Source: a virus
Taxonomy: Duplodnaviria; Heunggongvirae; Uroviricota; Caudoviricetes
Strand: one strand, 5' to 3'
IMG/VR virus record: IMGVR_UViG_3300039008_000325
Span: 49,372-113,371 of that record
Length of the DNA stretch: 64,000 nucleotides
Part shown: piece by piece, positions 25,814-36,057 of the stretch
Position numbering within the stretch: position 1 is the stretch's first letter
How the letters are laid out: each line of letters begins with the position of its first letter
The notes under the pieces: model-generated
Told to the model about the DNA's origin: nothing
What the model saw: only the letters and a program-made list of their open reading frames with translations
The model's database searches: none
Position numbers and translations under genes: made by a program

Positions 25814-26962
25814 ATGGTTAAAGATTTAGGATCAGCAAAATCTATTGAAGATGCTGCAGAAAAAATTAAAAAATGGTTAGATTCATTAGATAACACTAAT
25901 GATTCAAAAACTAAAAATGAAGATACGGTTGCAGCGGATGTTGCAGGTTATACAGCACCACTTCAATTAAAAAAGAAAAAAATTAAAGAGGAATTCGAAA
26001 TGGAAGAATTAAAAGCATATACACTTGCAACAAGTATTGGAAGTGAAACAATCATTAATGTTGATGGTCAAATCGCATTTATTGATTATAAAAATAGAGT
26101 GTTATTTTCATATGATTGTATTAATAGTAATTACGAAGTATTAGATTTAGAAACTGAAGAGTTAGTTTCTATTGATGGTTGGGAATTAAGAAATATGATG
26201 TTATATGGTAACGAAGAAAAGAGACCTGAAGCTAGTGATGGTAGTAGAGATTACGTTTCAGTAGATTCACCTTCAGATATATACAGACAATCAATCAAAT
26301 CATTAGATGGTTATAAAATCGTTAAAACATGTACAGAAAAATATGTGGATTTACTTAATCAACTATTTAGTGGTGAAGCTGAATTTGATTTAATTAATCC
26401 AAAAACAGTAGATAACTTTAAAAACTTTTTAGATACTACATATAATGTTACATTATCTAAAAATGATGCCGTAAATTATAGATTAAAAGAAAAAGATCTA
26501 ATGATTTTAAATGGTAAAAAATATATTGATTTCAAAAACATGATGGTTGTTGATTCTAGTGATGATAACAATAAAATGTCTGTTGCTGAATTTGCAGAAC
26601 AAAACTTATGGTCAAATCCTGAAGTTATTATCAATATTGTTAAAGCTAATAGTGAAACATTAAACGAACAAATGTATGGTGGTAATAGAGATGAAGAACA
26701 AATGAAAAAAGCTGCTAAAGTAATTGATAAAGAAACTGATGGAAGTGGTAAACCTTTATCAGATGATACTAATGAAATGAATGAAGCTAAATCAGGTATT
26801 GAAAAAGTGCATGATGAAATTATGAAAGCTACTGAACAAATCGAAATGAAAATGACTAAATTAGCTAAATATGCGACAGGTAATAAATCTAAAAAAGCTT
26901 TAGAAAAAGTTAAAGCTGAATTAGAAAAAGCTGTTACTGCAATGAAAAGTGATTTACAATAA
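25814..26962 (+). CDS. hypothetical protein with C-terminal coiled coil
   Basis: 382 aa; acidic; K/E-rich C-terminal heptads. Confidence 0.45.
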   Translation: MVKDLGSAKSIEDAAEKIKKWLDSLDNTNDSKTKNEDTVAADVAGYTAPLQLKKKKIKEEFEMEELKAYTLATSIGSETIINVDGQIAFIDYKNRVLFSYDCINSNYEVLDLETEELVSIDGWELRNMMLYGNEEKRPEASDGSRDYVSVDSPSDIYRQSIKSLDGYKIVKTCTEKYVDLLNQLFSGEAEFDLINPKTVDNFKNFLDTTYNVTLSKNDAVNYRLKEKDLMILNGKKYIDFKNMMVVDSSDDNNKMSVAEFAEQNLWSNPEVIINIVKANSETLNEQMYGGNRDEEQMKKAAKVIDKETDGSGKPLSDDTNEMNEAKSGIEKVHDEIMKATEQIEMKMTKLAKYATGNKSKKALEKVKAELEKAVTAMKSDLQ

Positions 26963-26977
26963 TAAGGAACAATAAAA

Positions 26978-27460
26978 ATGACACCACAAGAATTAAAAAC
27001 AAAAATCAATTCTGGTTTTTATGCAGATAATATTTTACAATTCAATATCGACTTACCTGAAGCATTTAATCTAGAATATAACACAAGAGCAGATGATGCT
27101 GTTAACTTAGCTTATGATGAAGCTAAAGTATCTGTAGCTTCTAATTTAATTAACGTATTTGACTATTTTGAAAAACATTCAGAATTATTACAAGCATCAG
27201 AAATGTATACAGCTAGTGTAAATGATGTTGATAATACATTAATAGTAACAGGAGTAACTGATATATTACCAGTTGGAACAGAAGTAGTATTCTCAGGTAC
27301 ATTACCTCCAGAATTAAATGAAAACTGTACTTACTTTATTAGACAAAGCGCTGGTGTTGAATATGCTATATTTACATCACTAGAAGATGCTCAAGGTAAT
27401 ACAAATCAAATTACATTTGCTACATTTGCTGGTAACTTCAATATGGAAGCTATGATTTAA
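26978..27460 (+). CDS. hypothetical protein
   Basis: 160 aa, AAGGAACAATAAAAATG SD. Confidence 0.45.
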   Translation: MTPQELKTKINSGFYADNILQFNIDLPEAFNLEYNTRADDAVNLAYDEAKVSVASNLINVFDYFEKHSELLQASEMYTASVNDVDNTLIVTGVTDILPVGTEVVFSGTLPPELNENCTYFIRQSAGVEYAIFTSLEDAQGNTNQITFATFAGNFNMEAMI

Positions 27461-27542
27461 AATAATCATTGATTTAAATTTGAGATAATATATAATACTC
27501 TTATATTAATTTATAGGGGTATTTTTTTTATAGGAGGAAAAT

Positions 27543-27968
27543 ATGTTATCAAGAAAAAATCAAATTGGTGATTCTTTAATCGAAATGTTAGGTGTTCTAG
27601 GTATTATGTCTGTAATTACAGTTTTAAGTATTACAGCTTATGAAAAAGCTAGACAAAAACTTGGTAAATCTGAATCTTATCAATTAGAACGAACTACGTC
27701 TACAAAATGTGATGAGGTTAGTTATTCAATTGTAGATGCTAATTGTAAAATATCAGAATATAATATTACTAAAGAACAAATAGATAATTGTATTAAAAAT
27801 GAATTACAAAAAGATTTATTTCAAGGTTTAGAATATGAGACTATAAGATGTGTTGATAAAATTGCTTTAAAAATTGAACAAGAAAAATTGAAAAAAGAAT
27901 ATGGTGTAGAAGATAAAGTAATTGAAACAGAAAGTAGTGTAGATGTTAACACTGATTATAATTGGTAA
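27543..27968 (+). CDS. prepilin-like protein (class III signal-peptide-like N-terminus)
   Basis: MLSRKNQIG/DSLIEMLGVLGIMSVITVLSI has G at -1, E at +5 and a 20-aa hydrophobic helix; TAGGAGGAAAATATG SD. Confidence 0.4.
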   Translation: MLSRKNQIGDSLIEMLGVLGIMSVITVLSITAYEKARQKLGKSESYQLERTTSTKCDEVSYSIVDANCKISEYNITKEQIDNCIKNELQKDLFQGLEYETIRCVDKIALKIEQEKLKKEYGVEDKVIETESSVDVNTDYNW

Positions 27969-27983
27969 TATAAAGGAAATTAA

Positions 27984-28400
27984 ATGAAAGATAATATATT
28001 AGATAAGTTAGTTAATTGTAAAAAAGATAAGAAAGTTGTTAAAGGTTTTGGTAAACAAAAATATATTTGGTTACCAACTAAAGAAAAATGTTACAAGTTT
28101 ACAGAAAAATTAATTAATAAAATGAATATGTATGAACATAATATTACCAATGTTCACTTTTGTGGATCATATAGTGGTGGTATCGGTATTACTATCAAAA
28201 ACAATAACCTTAAAATTTGTATAGAAGTAGAAGAAAAAGAAACAGAGTTAATTGCTAAATTAATAGATTCTATTAAATTAGCTCACTTGCGTTGTGATAC
28301 TTTTTATAAAAATATAGATAGTATTATTAATATAATGATTCAAAATAAAATTCTTCTACCTAAAACTAAAGGTGGAAAAAATGTCAAAAGAACTAAATAA
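27984..28400 (+). CDS. hypothetical protein
   Basis: 138 aa. Confidence 0.4.
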   Translation: MKDNILDKLVNCKKDKKVVKGFGKQKYIWLPTKEKCYKFTEKLINKMNMYEHNITNVHFCGSYSGGIGITIKNNNLKICIEVEEKETELIAKLIDSIKLAHLRCDTFYKNIDSIINIMIQNKILLPKTKGGKNVKRTK

Positions 28401-28599
28401 ACATATTGCTCAAAAAATTGATGCATATGAACATTCAAGTAATTGGAAAGATAATCAAAAAAGAGATTATAAAACTATGTTAAAGTTCATGTGTGGTGGG
28501 AATATCCGAAAAGATAGCTTATTATATAAGATAACTGAATGTAGAAATATTAACGAATATATAGAAAAATATAATTTTAATGAAAATATAGTTGATTAG
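28372..28599 (+). CDS. hypothetical protein
   Basis: 75 aa, overlaps upstream gene end. Confidence 0.35.
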   Translation: MEKMSKELNKHIAQKIDAYEHSSNWKDNQKRDYKTMLKFMCGGNIRKDSLLYKITECRNINEYIEKYNFNENIVD

Positions 28600-28658
28600 T
28601 GTTTAAAAAGTTATTATAATATAGATATTAAAAGAGGATATTTAAAAGGAGAGTCAAA

Positions 28659-28772
28659 ATGTTTTCAATAGAACAAGAAAATCTTATAGAAGAACCTGTA
28701 GCTAAAGGTAGTAATTTAGCTTATGTAGTAGCACTTTCACCACTATTTATACTTATGTTAATGATATTCTAA
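28659..28772 (+). CDS. small membrane protein (37 aa)
   Basis: AAAGGAGAGTCAAAATG SD; C-terminal TM LAYVVALSPLFILMLMIF; below ORF-track size cut-off. Confidence 0.35.
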   Translation: MFSIEQENLIEEPVAKGSNLAYVVALSPLFILMLMIF

Positions 28773-28811
28773 AACGAAATAGACTATTTTTAAACTTAAT
28801 AATTTTTAATT

Positions 28812-29012
28812 ATGAATAATAAAGGAAAATTCACTACACCTGTATACATGTATTATGTACCAACATTAGAAAATGTCAAAGTAATTGAAATTGACGATAA
28901 CGAAGATTATAAAATTGAATTAACTAATGGTGAAATACTTGAAGGTATTGATGATGAGCTATTATGTTTATCTTTAGAAGAAGCTAAAGATATGCAGCAA
29001 TTAAGAGCTTAA
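28812..29012 (+). CDS. hypothetical protein
   Basis: 66 aa. Confidence 0.35.
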   Translation: MNNKGKFTTPVYMYYVPTLENVKVIEIDDNEDYKIELTNGEILEGIDDELLCLSLEEAKDMQQLRA

Positions 29013-29074
29013 TTTTTTTAGTGGTATGTAGAAATATGTATCACTCGATGAGTTAAGGAAAATAGGAGAGAACA

Positions 29075-30355
29075 ATGTTACAATTTTTCACAGAAATGAG
29101 AAATGAATTAACTAATACTAATTCAAGAAAAGAAAAAGAAGAAATTCTAAAAAAATATTATGAAAAAGATTCTAAATTGTATACTATAGGTTTTTCTTAT
29201 ATGTATAATTATGATCAAATTTATGGTGTTACATTTGATAAATGTCAAGAAAGATCTGATTTAATAACGCTACCTGCTAGTGATGATTATAAGATCACAG
29301 ATTTATTAGATAGTTTAAATAGTAGACATATTACTGGTCATAATGCAATTGCAGAGGTGAACACATTTGTATTATGTCATGAAAAATATAAAGAGATTAT
29401 TAGTTGTTTTATTGATAAAGATTTAAAATGTGGTGTTGGTATTCCTTCAATTAATAGACATAGAAAGGTTGTTAAAACATTTGATGTAGCTTTAGCTAAT
29501 AAATTTGATGAAAAACATCTTAAGAAACATGAAAAATGGTTAATATCTAGAAAATTAGATGGTGTTAGGTGTATAGCTATTATTAAAGATAATGATGTTA
29601 AATTCTATTCTAGACAAGGTAAAGAATTCTTTACATTAGGTGTGTTAAGAGAAGAATTACTAAAAAGTGATATTAAAGAAGGTGTATTAGATGGTGAACT
29701 TTGTTTAACTGATGAAAATGGTAATGAAGATTTTATTGGTATTATTAAACAAATGAGAAAAAAAGATCACACAATTGAAAACCCTCAATATAAAGTATTT
29801 GATTTCTTAACAATTGAAGAATTTGAATCTAAAAAAAGTGACAGAGATCTTTACTTAAGATTAGGTACTTTACATGCACGTAATATATTTAAGCTTGATC
29901 ATGTAGAAATATTGCAACAATATGAATATAATGATGATAATTTAGCAGATATGACAACTAAAGCTGAAGAAAATAATTGGGAAGGTTTAATGCTTAGAGC
30001 TAATACTGGTTATGAAGGTAAAAGATCTAATAATCTTCTTAAAGTTAAGAAAATGCAAGATGAAGAATTTAAAATTGTAGATGTTATATATGGTAAGAAA
30101 CCTATGTTATGTGGTGATAATGTAATGCATGAACAAGATACATTAGCAGCTGTTGTAATTGACTTAGGAGATGGTAATAAGGTTCAAGTTGGTAGTGGAT
30201 TTAGTGATTATGATAGATTAGCATATTATAACAAACCTGAACTATTAGTCGGGAAAATGATAACAGTTCAATTCTTTGAAAAGACTGTTGATAAAAATGG
30301 TAAACCAAGTTTAAGGTTCCCAGTATTTAAATGTATTAGAGAAAATGGAGAATAA
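29075..30355 (+). CDS. ATP-dependent DNA ligase
   Basis: nucleotidyltransferase motif I KLDGVRC (KxDGxR), motif-V-like LLKVKK, 426 aa. Confidence 0.7.
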   Translation: MLQFFTEMRNELTNTNSRKEKEEILKKYYEKDSKLYTIGFSYMYNYDQIYGVTFDKCQERSDLITLPASDDYKITDLLDSLNSRHITGHNAIAEVNTFVLCHEKYKEIISCFIDKDLKCGVGIPSINRHRKVVKTFDVALANKFDEKHLKKHEKWLISRKLDGVRCIAIIKDNDVKFYSRQGKEFFTLGVLREELLKSDIKEGVLDGELCLTDENGNEDFIGIIKQMRKKDHTIENPQYKVFDFLTIEEFESKKSDRDLYLRLGTLHARNIFKLDHVEILQQYEYNDDNLADMTTKAEENNWEGLMLRANTGYEGKRSNNLLKVKKMQDEEFKIVDVIYGKKPMLCGDNVMHEQDTLAAVVIDLGDGNKVQVGSGFSDYDRLAYYNKPELLVGKMITVQFFEKTVDKNGKPSLRFPVFKCIRENGE

Positions 30356-30356
30356 A

Positions 30357-30611
30357 ATGAAAAGAATATTAATAGCATTATTGTTAGTTAGTAATATATC
30401 GGTAGCTAGTGAAATTCAATGTAATAAATTTATTAAATTAGATTGTGATGAATCTATCACATATATAAATCCTTGTCATATTCAAGAGATTAAAACATCT
30501 AATGGATATATCGATCAAATAGATAATGGTATATATTTAGATGATGAATGTTTAAACAGTTTAATCGAACAACTAAATGTAGTTGAAGCAAAAAAAGTAG
30601 GTGAAGAATAA
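30357..30611 (+). CDS. small secreted protein
   Basis: signal peptide MKRILIALLLVSNISVA-SE; start chosen at ATG with GGAG SD. Confidence 0.4.
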   Translation: MKRILIALLLVSNISVASEIQCNKFIKLDCDESITYINPCHIQEIKTSNGYIDQIDNGIYLDDECLNSLIEQLNVVEAKKVGEE

Positions 30612-31147
30612 TGATAATAGGAATTTGTGGAAAGAAAATGTCAGGTAAAACGTTTACTTCAAATGCTTTAGTTGATATTTTAGATGCAAAACGTTTAGCT
30701 CTAGGAGATGGAGTTAAAGAAGCAGCAATGCTAATATATGGTTTAACATATGATGAATGTTATGATCAAAATCTCAAAGAAAAAGTTCTGGATAGATATC
30801 CGTTCATATCACCTAGAGAAATCTTACAAAGATTAGGTACAGATGGGTGTAGAGATATTGAACCAGCAACTTGGGTAGAATATTTAAAGCGTAATAACAA
30901 AACAGATGGTAAAGATGTTCATATTATTGAAGATATCAGATTTCCAAATGAATTACCTTTATGTGATTTAGTATTCTATATTAAAAGTGATACTGTAGAA
31001 GATATCGATACACATGAATCAGAAAACAGTATTAATGAATCACATGCAGATTATGTTATGTTAAATGATATGAAAACATATGTACATGTAGAAAAGATTC
31101 AAAGAATTATTAAAGATAAACAAAAGGAGATGGAAAATGGTAGCTAG
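30611..31147 (+). CDS. deoxynucleoside monophosphate kinase (T4 gp1-like)
   Basis: P-loop GICGKKMSGKT. ILQRLGTDGCRDIEPATWVEY matches the T4 gp1 pattern LMQALGTDLIVNNFDRMYWVKL. GVKEAAMLIYGL matches PIKDALAYAWGV. Confidence 0.7.
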   Translation: MIIGICGKKMSGKTFTSNALVDILDAKRLALGDGVKEAAMLIYGLTYDECYDQNLKEKVLDRYPFISPREILQRLGTDGCRDIEPATWVEYLKRNNKTDGKDVHIIEDIRFPNELPLCDLVFYIKSDTVEDIDTHESENSINESHADYVMLNDMKTYVHVEKIQRIIKDKQKEMENGS

Positions 31148-31352
31148 TACTTTATTTACATTAATTTTGATTATAAGTTTATTTTCTTGGTTATGGAAGA
31201 AATTCTCAGAAGAAGATAAAACGGTTGTTGATAATAAAATCGATAAGATTAATAATATCACAAAAGAATATGATAAAATAGTTAACTTTGAAAAGAATAA
31301 TAAAGATTATGAAAACAAAGTTAACAAAGTAAATACATTTAAACAAAAATAA
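31137..31352 (+). CDS. small membrane protein
   Basis: N-terminal TM LFTLILIISLFSWLW. Confidence 0.35.
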   Translation: MVASTLFTLILIISLFSWLWKKFSEEDKTVVDNKIDKINNITKEYDKIVNFEKNNKDYENKVNKVNTFKQK

Positions 31353-31373
31353 TAAACAAAAAGGAGAACAATC

Positions 31374-32648
31374 ATGTATAATGATAATTACAATACAAAC
31401 GCTCAATCAAGTTCAGATGCTCTTGGTTGGTTACAATCACTAACACCAAAGAAAATTAAACTTCTTGTAGTTGGAGTAATAGCATTTATAGCTCTATGTT
31501 GGACAGCACCAAATCTATTTGAAACAAATGAATTTGGTAACTATCAAATCAAACAAGCAGCTGTAACAGGTGAAATTTCAGTTAGAAATAAACCAGGTCT
31601 ATATGGACAAAACTTTGGAACAATTCACACTTATAAAATTTCAGATGAAAATTACTTCTCAGATTCTGCTATCGAAGGTGGTAATGATGAAATGGAACAA
31701 CCTATTAAAGTTCTATTTAGTGATGGATCAACAGTAACAATTAAAGGTATGATTAAATTTAGATTATCTCAAAATGAAGAAATGCAAAAGAAACTTCATA
31801 AAGATTTTAAATCATATGAAAATGTTAAAAGAGGTCTTATTAGACAAGTAGTTGTTGAATCTTTAATGCAAACTGCAACATTAATGACAGCTGAAGAACT
31901 TTATTCTTCTAGAAGAGCTGAATTTACAGCAGTAACTGAAGATCAAATCAGAAATGGTATATACACTACAGTAACAACTGAAGTTCAAGATATAGATACT
32001 GATGGTACTAAATTTAGAAGAAAAGTAACAAGCTTAAAAACAGATAAAGATGGTAACTTTATTATTAGAAAAGAATCACCATTCAAAAAATATGGTATTG
32101 AAATTCTACAATTTGTTATTAAGAAACCTAAATTTGATAACACTATTACAGCTCTAATTGCTAAGAAAAAAGAAGCAGAACAAAAGAAAGTAGTTGCTAA
32201 AGCAGATGCAGAAAAAGCAAAACAAGATGCTATTACAGTTAGAGAACAAGGTAAAGCTAAAGTTGCTAAAGCAGAAGCAGAAGCGTTAATTGAAAAGAAA
32301 AAAGCTGTAATTGAAGCTCAAAAGAATAGAGAAGTTGCTGAAGAAAATGCTAAGAAAGCACTTGCAGAAGCAAAAGCTATTAGAGCAAAAGGTGAAGCTG
32401 AAGCACATGCTGCTAAATTAAAAGTTAAAGCTGGTCTTACACCTCTTGAAAAAGCTACAATTGAAAAAGAAACTAGAATTGGTATAGCTGAAGCGAATGC
32501 AAAATTCCAACCAGCACCTAATGCAAAAGTTGTATATGTTAATTCAGGTGGAGCTAAAGGTACTAATCAAGGATCAGGAAATGTATTAATGGATACATTA
32601 AGCATTTCAATGATGAAAAACTTGATTGATACTAATAATAACAAATAA
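31374..32648 (+). CDS. SPFH/band-7-like membrane protein
   Basis: N-terminal TM LLVVGVIAFIALCW, central SPFH-like beta/alpha region, A/K/E-rich coiled coil C-terminus. Confidence 0.45.
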   Translation: MYNDNYNTNAQSSSDALGWLQSLTPKKIKLLVVGVIAFIALCWTAPNLFETNEFGNYQIKQAAVTGEISVRNKPGLYGQNFGTIHTYKISDENYFSDSAIEGGNDEMEQPIKVLFSDGSTVTIKGMIKFRLSQNEEMQKKLHKDFKSYENVKRGLIRQVVVESLMQTATLMTAEELYSSRRAEFTAVTEDQIRNGIYTTVTTEVQDIDTDGTKFRRKVTSLKTDKDGNFIIRKESPFKKYGIEILQFVIKKPKFDNTITALIAKKKEAEQKKVVAKADAEKAKQDAITVREQGKAKVAKAEAEALIEKKKAVIEAQKNREVAEENAKKALAEAKAIRAKGEAEAHAAKLKVKAGLTPLEKATIEKETRIGIAEANAKFQPAPNAKVVYVNSGGAKGTNQGSGNVLMDTLSISMMKNLIDTNNNK

Positions 32649-32660
32649 TTATTGAAATAA

Positions 32661-32692
32661 ATTGAGTGGTATTTTAAATAATATCACTCAAT
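32661..32692 (+). terminator. RNA hairpin (weak terminator)
   Basis: ATTGAGTGGTAT-loop-ATATCACTCAAT, no strong T tract. Confidence 0.3.
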
Positions 32693-32711
32693 TAACTTAG
32701 GGAGAGTTAAA

Positions 32712-33179
32712 ATGCTTTGGATAGTAGGAATTACAATTTGCTTATTCATTTTTGTACTTTTATTAGCAATATATTTTGATACGCGAGATGAAGATACAAT
32801 ACCAGGAATACTTTTTTCAGGACTTATAGCGATTGGATTATTTTTCAGTTTACATGGTGAAAATAAAGATCTTTATTACTTAGTAATGCGACAACCCATT
32901 ACTGAATGTTTTGATAAAATAAATTATAATGGTCAAGAACACAATTTAGAGTTAGTTGAAACACTTCGTGATATTGAAATTGATGGTGTTAGATTTGAAA
33001 TGACTATGTATGAATATAATAGAATAAAATCTAGAGTTGATAGATCTTGTAATAAAGTTGATAATATATTTAAAGAATTAGGTGCTCGTAGACTAATTGA
33101 TGAAAGTATTCAAACAGAGCTTGATAAAGAAGAAAATGAAGCTAATATAGAAGTCAATACAGAATATGATAACTGGTAG
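32712..33179 (+). CDS. membrane protein
   Basis: two N-terminal TM segments. Confidence 0.4.
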   Translation: MLWIVGITICLFIFVLLLAIYFDTRDEDTIPGILFSGLIAIGLFFSLHGENKDLYYLVMRQPITECFDKINYNGQEHNLELVETLRDIEIDGVRFEMTMYEYNRIKSRVDRSCNKVDNIFKELGARRLIDESIQTELDKEENEANIEVNTEYDNW

Positions 33180-33188
33180 GAGAATAAA

Positions 33189-33482
33189 ATGAAATATAAA
33201 TTATTATCAGCTAAATTTTCTCAATTAGAAAAAATGGTGAATTCATATATTGAAGATGGTTGGACTCCACTAGGTGGGTTAACTACTGATGGACCTGAAT
33301 TAGTTCAAGCAATGATAAAATATGATGTTGAAGATTATTTAGGAAAACCTAATTTATCTGATATAAAAGAAACTGAAGAATCTAAATTGAAAGAAATGAT
33401 GAAAGATCCTAGATATTGGAAAGAAAAAGATCCTAAATTTAGAGAACAAGTAGAAGAAGGATTTAAAAGATTATATAGTTAA
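33189..33482 (+). CDS. hypothetical protein
   Basis: 97 aa. Confidence 0.4.
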   Translation: MKYKLLSAKFSQLEKMVNSYIEDGWTPLGGLTTDGPELVQAMIKYDVEDYLGKPNLSDIKETEESKLKEMMKDPRYWKEKDPKFREQVEEGFKRLYS

Positions 33483-33502
33483 TCATAATAGAGGAGAGAG
33501 TT

Positions 33503-33925
33503 ATGAGTATCAAACAAAACATCAAAGAGAAGATGTTATCTAATATACCAGAAAAGCAAGCTTATAAAAATATCTATGCAATATTAGAACGTATTGAAAA
33601 AGATAATATGAAAGAGCTTACTGATGCTGAAGTTATTAAAATATTTGAAAAACAAGTAAAGAAACAAGAAGTTACTTATAAATTATATGTTGATAATAAT
33701 AGAAGTGAACTTGCAGAAAAAGAAAAGGTAGAAATTGATATAATGACTCCTTTTATTCCTCAAAAAATGTCTGAAGATGAAGTTAAACAACATATTAATG
33801 AATATTTAGAAGAATGTAAATCTAATTCAGAAGAACCTAATATGAGAGGTGTTATGAATTTCTTTAACAAATATTCAGATGTTGATAGAAAACTATTATC
33901 AGAACTATTCAGACAATCAATTTGA
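33503..33925 (+). CDS. GatB/YqeY-domain protein
   Basis: KELTDAEVIKIFEKQVKKQEV...AEKEKVEIDIMTPFIPQKMSEDEVKQHINEYL matches YqeY signature ELTDEEV...AEKEK.EI..L..YLP...SEEE. Confidence 0.65.
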   Translation: MSIKQNIKEKMLSNIPEKQAYKNIYAILERIEKDNMKELTDAEVIKIFEKQVKKQEVTYKLYVDNNRSELAEKEKVEIDIMTPFIPQKMSEDEVKQHINEYLEECKSNSEEPNMRGVMNFFNKYSDVDRKLLSELFRQSI

Positions 33926-33936
33926 GGAGATTAGAA

Positions 33937-34154
33937 TGTTATTTATACAAATTTATTCATTACTATTATTAGGTATAATAATGTCATTTATGCTTGACTT
34001 TGAAGATTATATGAAGATGATAGATGAACATCTTAGAGATAACCCTGATTTAAATATTTATTCATTTATATTTTTATCTACACTATTTTCACCAATTTCA
34101 TTTATATATGCACTAATTGTGTGTGTAGCAGATTATTTTAAAGGAGAGAAATAA
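33937..34154 (+). CDS. small membrane protein
   Basis: start trimmed to ATG after GGAGATTAGA; two TM helices. Confidence 0.35.
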
Positions 34155-34525
34155 TGAGAAAAACAGAAGATTTATTTTATATAATAATTGCAATTGCATT
34201 CATATTATCAATACCATTTATGATTGGATGGTCTTATAAAACATTTGGTAAAACTTATCCAGCAGAAATATGTGTAAAATCAAAAGATATTCATATTATG
34301 AATTCTCAAAATGGAACTAAAAGAGAGAAGGTTGTTTTTGCTAAAGATGATGTATATAGTGTTAATGACTCAATGTGGGTTGGTCACTATAATTCATATA
34401 CAACTTATAATAAATTAGAACCTGGACATTGTTATGCAATTTTATATAATGGTCAAAGAATTGGTTCTATGAATATGAAAAGAAATATTATATCTGTTGT
34501 TAAAGAATTAGATGGAGAAGAATAA
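34154..34525 (+). CDS. membrane-anchored protein
   Basis: N-terminal TM FYIIIAIAFILSIPFMIGW. Confidence 0.4.
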   Translation: MRKTEDLFYIIIAIAFILSIPFMIGWSYKTFGKTYPAEICVKSKDIHIMNSQNGTKREKVVFAKDDVYSVNDSMWVGHYNSYTTYNKLEPGHCYAILYNGQRIGSMNMKRNIISVVKELDGEE

Positions 34526-34887
34526 TGTTTAAAGTGCCAGTTGATATTCAATTAACAGAAGATGTTAAAATAAAAGCTGATGTAAAAGTCGAAACTGTTA
34601 TTGAAAATATATTAAATAAATATAATTCTGATATAATTCTACGTGATTTAGATAATGAAGATATTTTTAATTGGGCTTGTGAAGCATCATACGGTTATCA
34701 ATATGATACAATGTGGGAATGGTTTCCAGAAGAAAAACAAGAAGAACTTGCTGCAACATTCTTTAATGTAGAAGATTTAGAACATAAATCTAAAACATTA
34801 GATAGATTGTGTAAAGCTATAGAAGAAAAAGATCAACATTTAATTGATTTATTAGTACATGAAGTTAATTTAACGAAAAAGGACTAG
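34525..34887 (+). CDS. hypothetical protein
   Basis: 120 aa. Confidence 0.4.
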   Translation: MFKVPVDIQLTEDVKIKADVKVETVIENILNKYNSDIILRDLDNEDIFNWACEASYGYQYDTMWEWFPEEKQEELAATFFNVEDLEHKSKTLDRLCKAIEEKDQHLIDLLVHEVNLTKKD

Positions 34888-34889
34888 TT

Positions 34890-36053
34890 ATGAAAGTAAT
34901 AAGCACAGAAAAAAAGCCAATAAAAACATGGTGTAATGAACCAGAAGAAGGTGCAATTGAACAAGCTAAAAATTTAGCTAATTTACCGTTCATCTTCAAA
35001 CACGTTGCTCTAATGCCAGATACACATCAAGGTTATGGAATGCCAATTGGTGGTGTTATAGCTACTGAAGGTGTGATAATTCCTAATGCTGTTGGTGTTG
35101 ATATTGGTTGTGGAATGTGTGCAGTTAAAACGAATCTTAAAGTATTTGATTTAGGTGATGATTTAGGTAATATTATGAGAGATATTAGACAAGCAATTCC
35201 ATTAGGAATGAATCATCATAAAGAAGATCAAGAATGGGAAGGTTTTATTAATTACCCAGATATAGATATATTATGTTCCAACATGAATAAAGCTAAAAGA
35301 TCGTTAGGTACATTAGGTGGCGGAAATCATTTCATTGAAATACAAAAAGATACTGATAATAATGTTTGGATAATGTTACATAGTGGTAGTAGAAACTTAG
35401 GTAAACAAATAGCAGATCATTATAATAAAAAAGCTTTGACATTATGTAAAATGTGGCATTCTAATGTTTATCCATTAGAAGGAAATGATGTATTACCATT
35501 CTTACCATTAGCTACTCAAGAAGGTAAAGAATATTTAGAAGCAATGAACTTTGCATTAGATTTTGCATTAGCTAACAGAATGCAAATGATTAATAAGTGC
35601 AAAGAAGCTTTCCAAAAATATATTGATTGTGAATTTGGTGAAGTTATTAATATACATCATAACTATGCAGCTATGGAAAATCATTTTGGTAAGAATGTTA
35701 TGGTTCATAGAAAAGGTGCAACCTCAGCTAGAAAAGGGCAATATGGAATTATACCAGGTAGTCAAGGAACATCTTCTTATATAGTTGAAGGATTAGGTAA
35801 TCCAGATAGTTTTATGAGTTGTTCACATGGTGCTGGTAGAAAAATGAGTAGAAAAGCTGCTAGAGAAAATCTATCAGTTGAAGAAGAAGTTAAATTACTT
35901 AATGATCAAGGTATTAAACACGCTATCAGAAATGTTAGTGATTTAGATGAAGCTCCTTCTGCTTATAAAGATATTAAAACTGTAATGGAAGAACAAGAGG
36001 ATCTTGTTAAAATATTAGTAGAACTTAAGCCATTAGGTGTTATTAAAGGGTAA
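34890..36053 (+). CDS. rtcB: RNA-splicing ligase RtcB
   Basis: RtcB metal/GTP motifs GGGNHFIEIQ, HNYAAMENHFG, MVHRKGAT, cysteine CGMCA. Confidence 0.85.
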   Translation: MKVISTEKKPIKTWCNEPEEGAIEQAKNLANLPFIFKHVALMPDTHQGYGMPIGGVIATEGVIIPNAVGVDIGCGMCAVKTNLKVFDLGDDLGNIMRDIRQAIPLGMNHHKEDQEWEGFINYPDIDILCSNMNKAKRSLGTLGGGNHFIEIQKDTDNNVWIMLHSGSRNLGKQIADHYNKKALTLCKMWHSNVYPLEGNDVLPFLPLATQEGKEYLEAMNFALDFALANRMQMINKCKEAFQKYIDCEFGEVINIHHNYAAMENHFGKNVMVHRKGATSARKGQYGIIPGSQGTSSYIVEGLGNPDSFMSCSHGAGRKMSRKAARENLSVEEEVKLLNDQGIKHAIRNVSDLDEAPSAYKDIKTVMEEQEDLVKILVELKPLGVIKG

Positions 36054-36057
36054 TATT

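Noticed and set aside
27470-27540. sigma70-like TTGAGA ... TATATT promoter upstream of the prepilin-like gene
   Set aside because: Spacer and -10 are poor and such hexamers occur by chance at high frequency in this AT-rich sequence.
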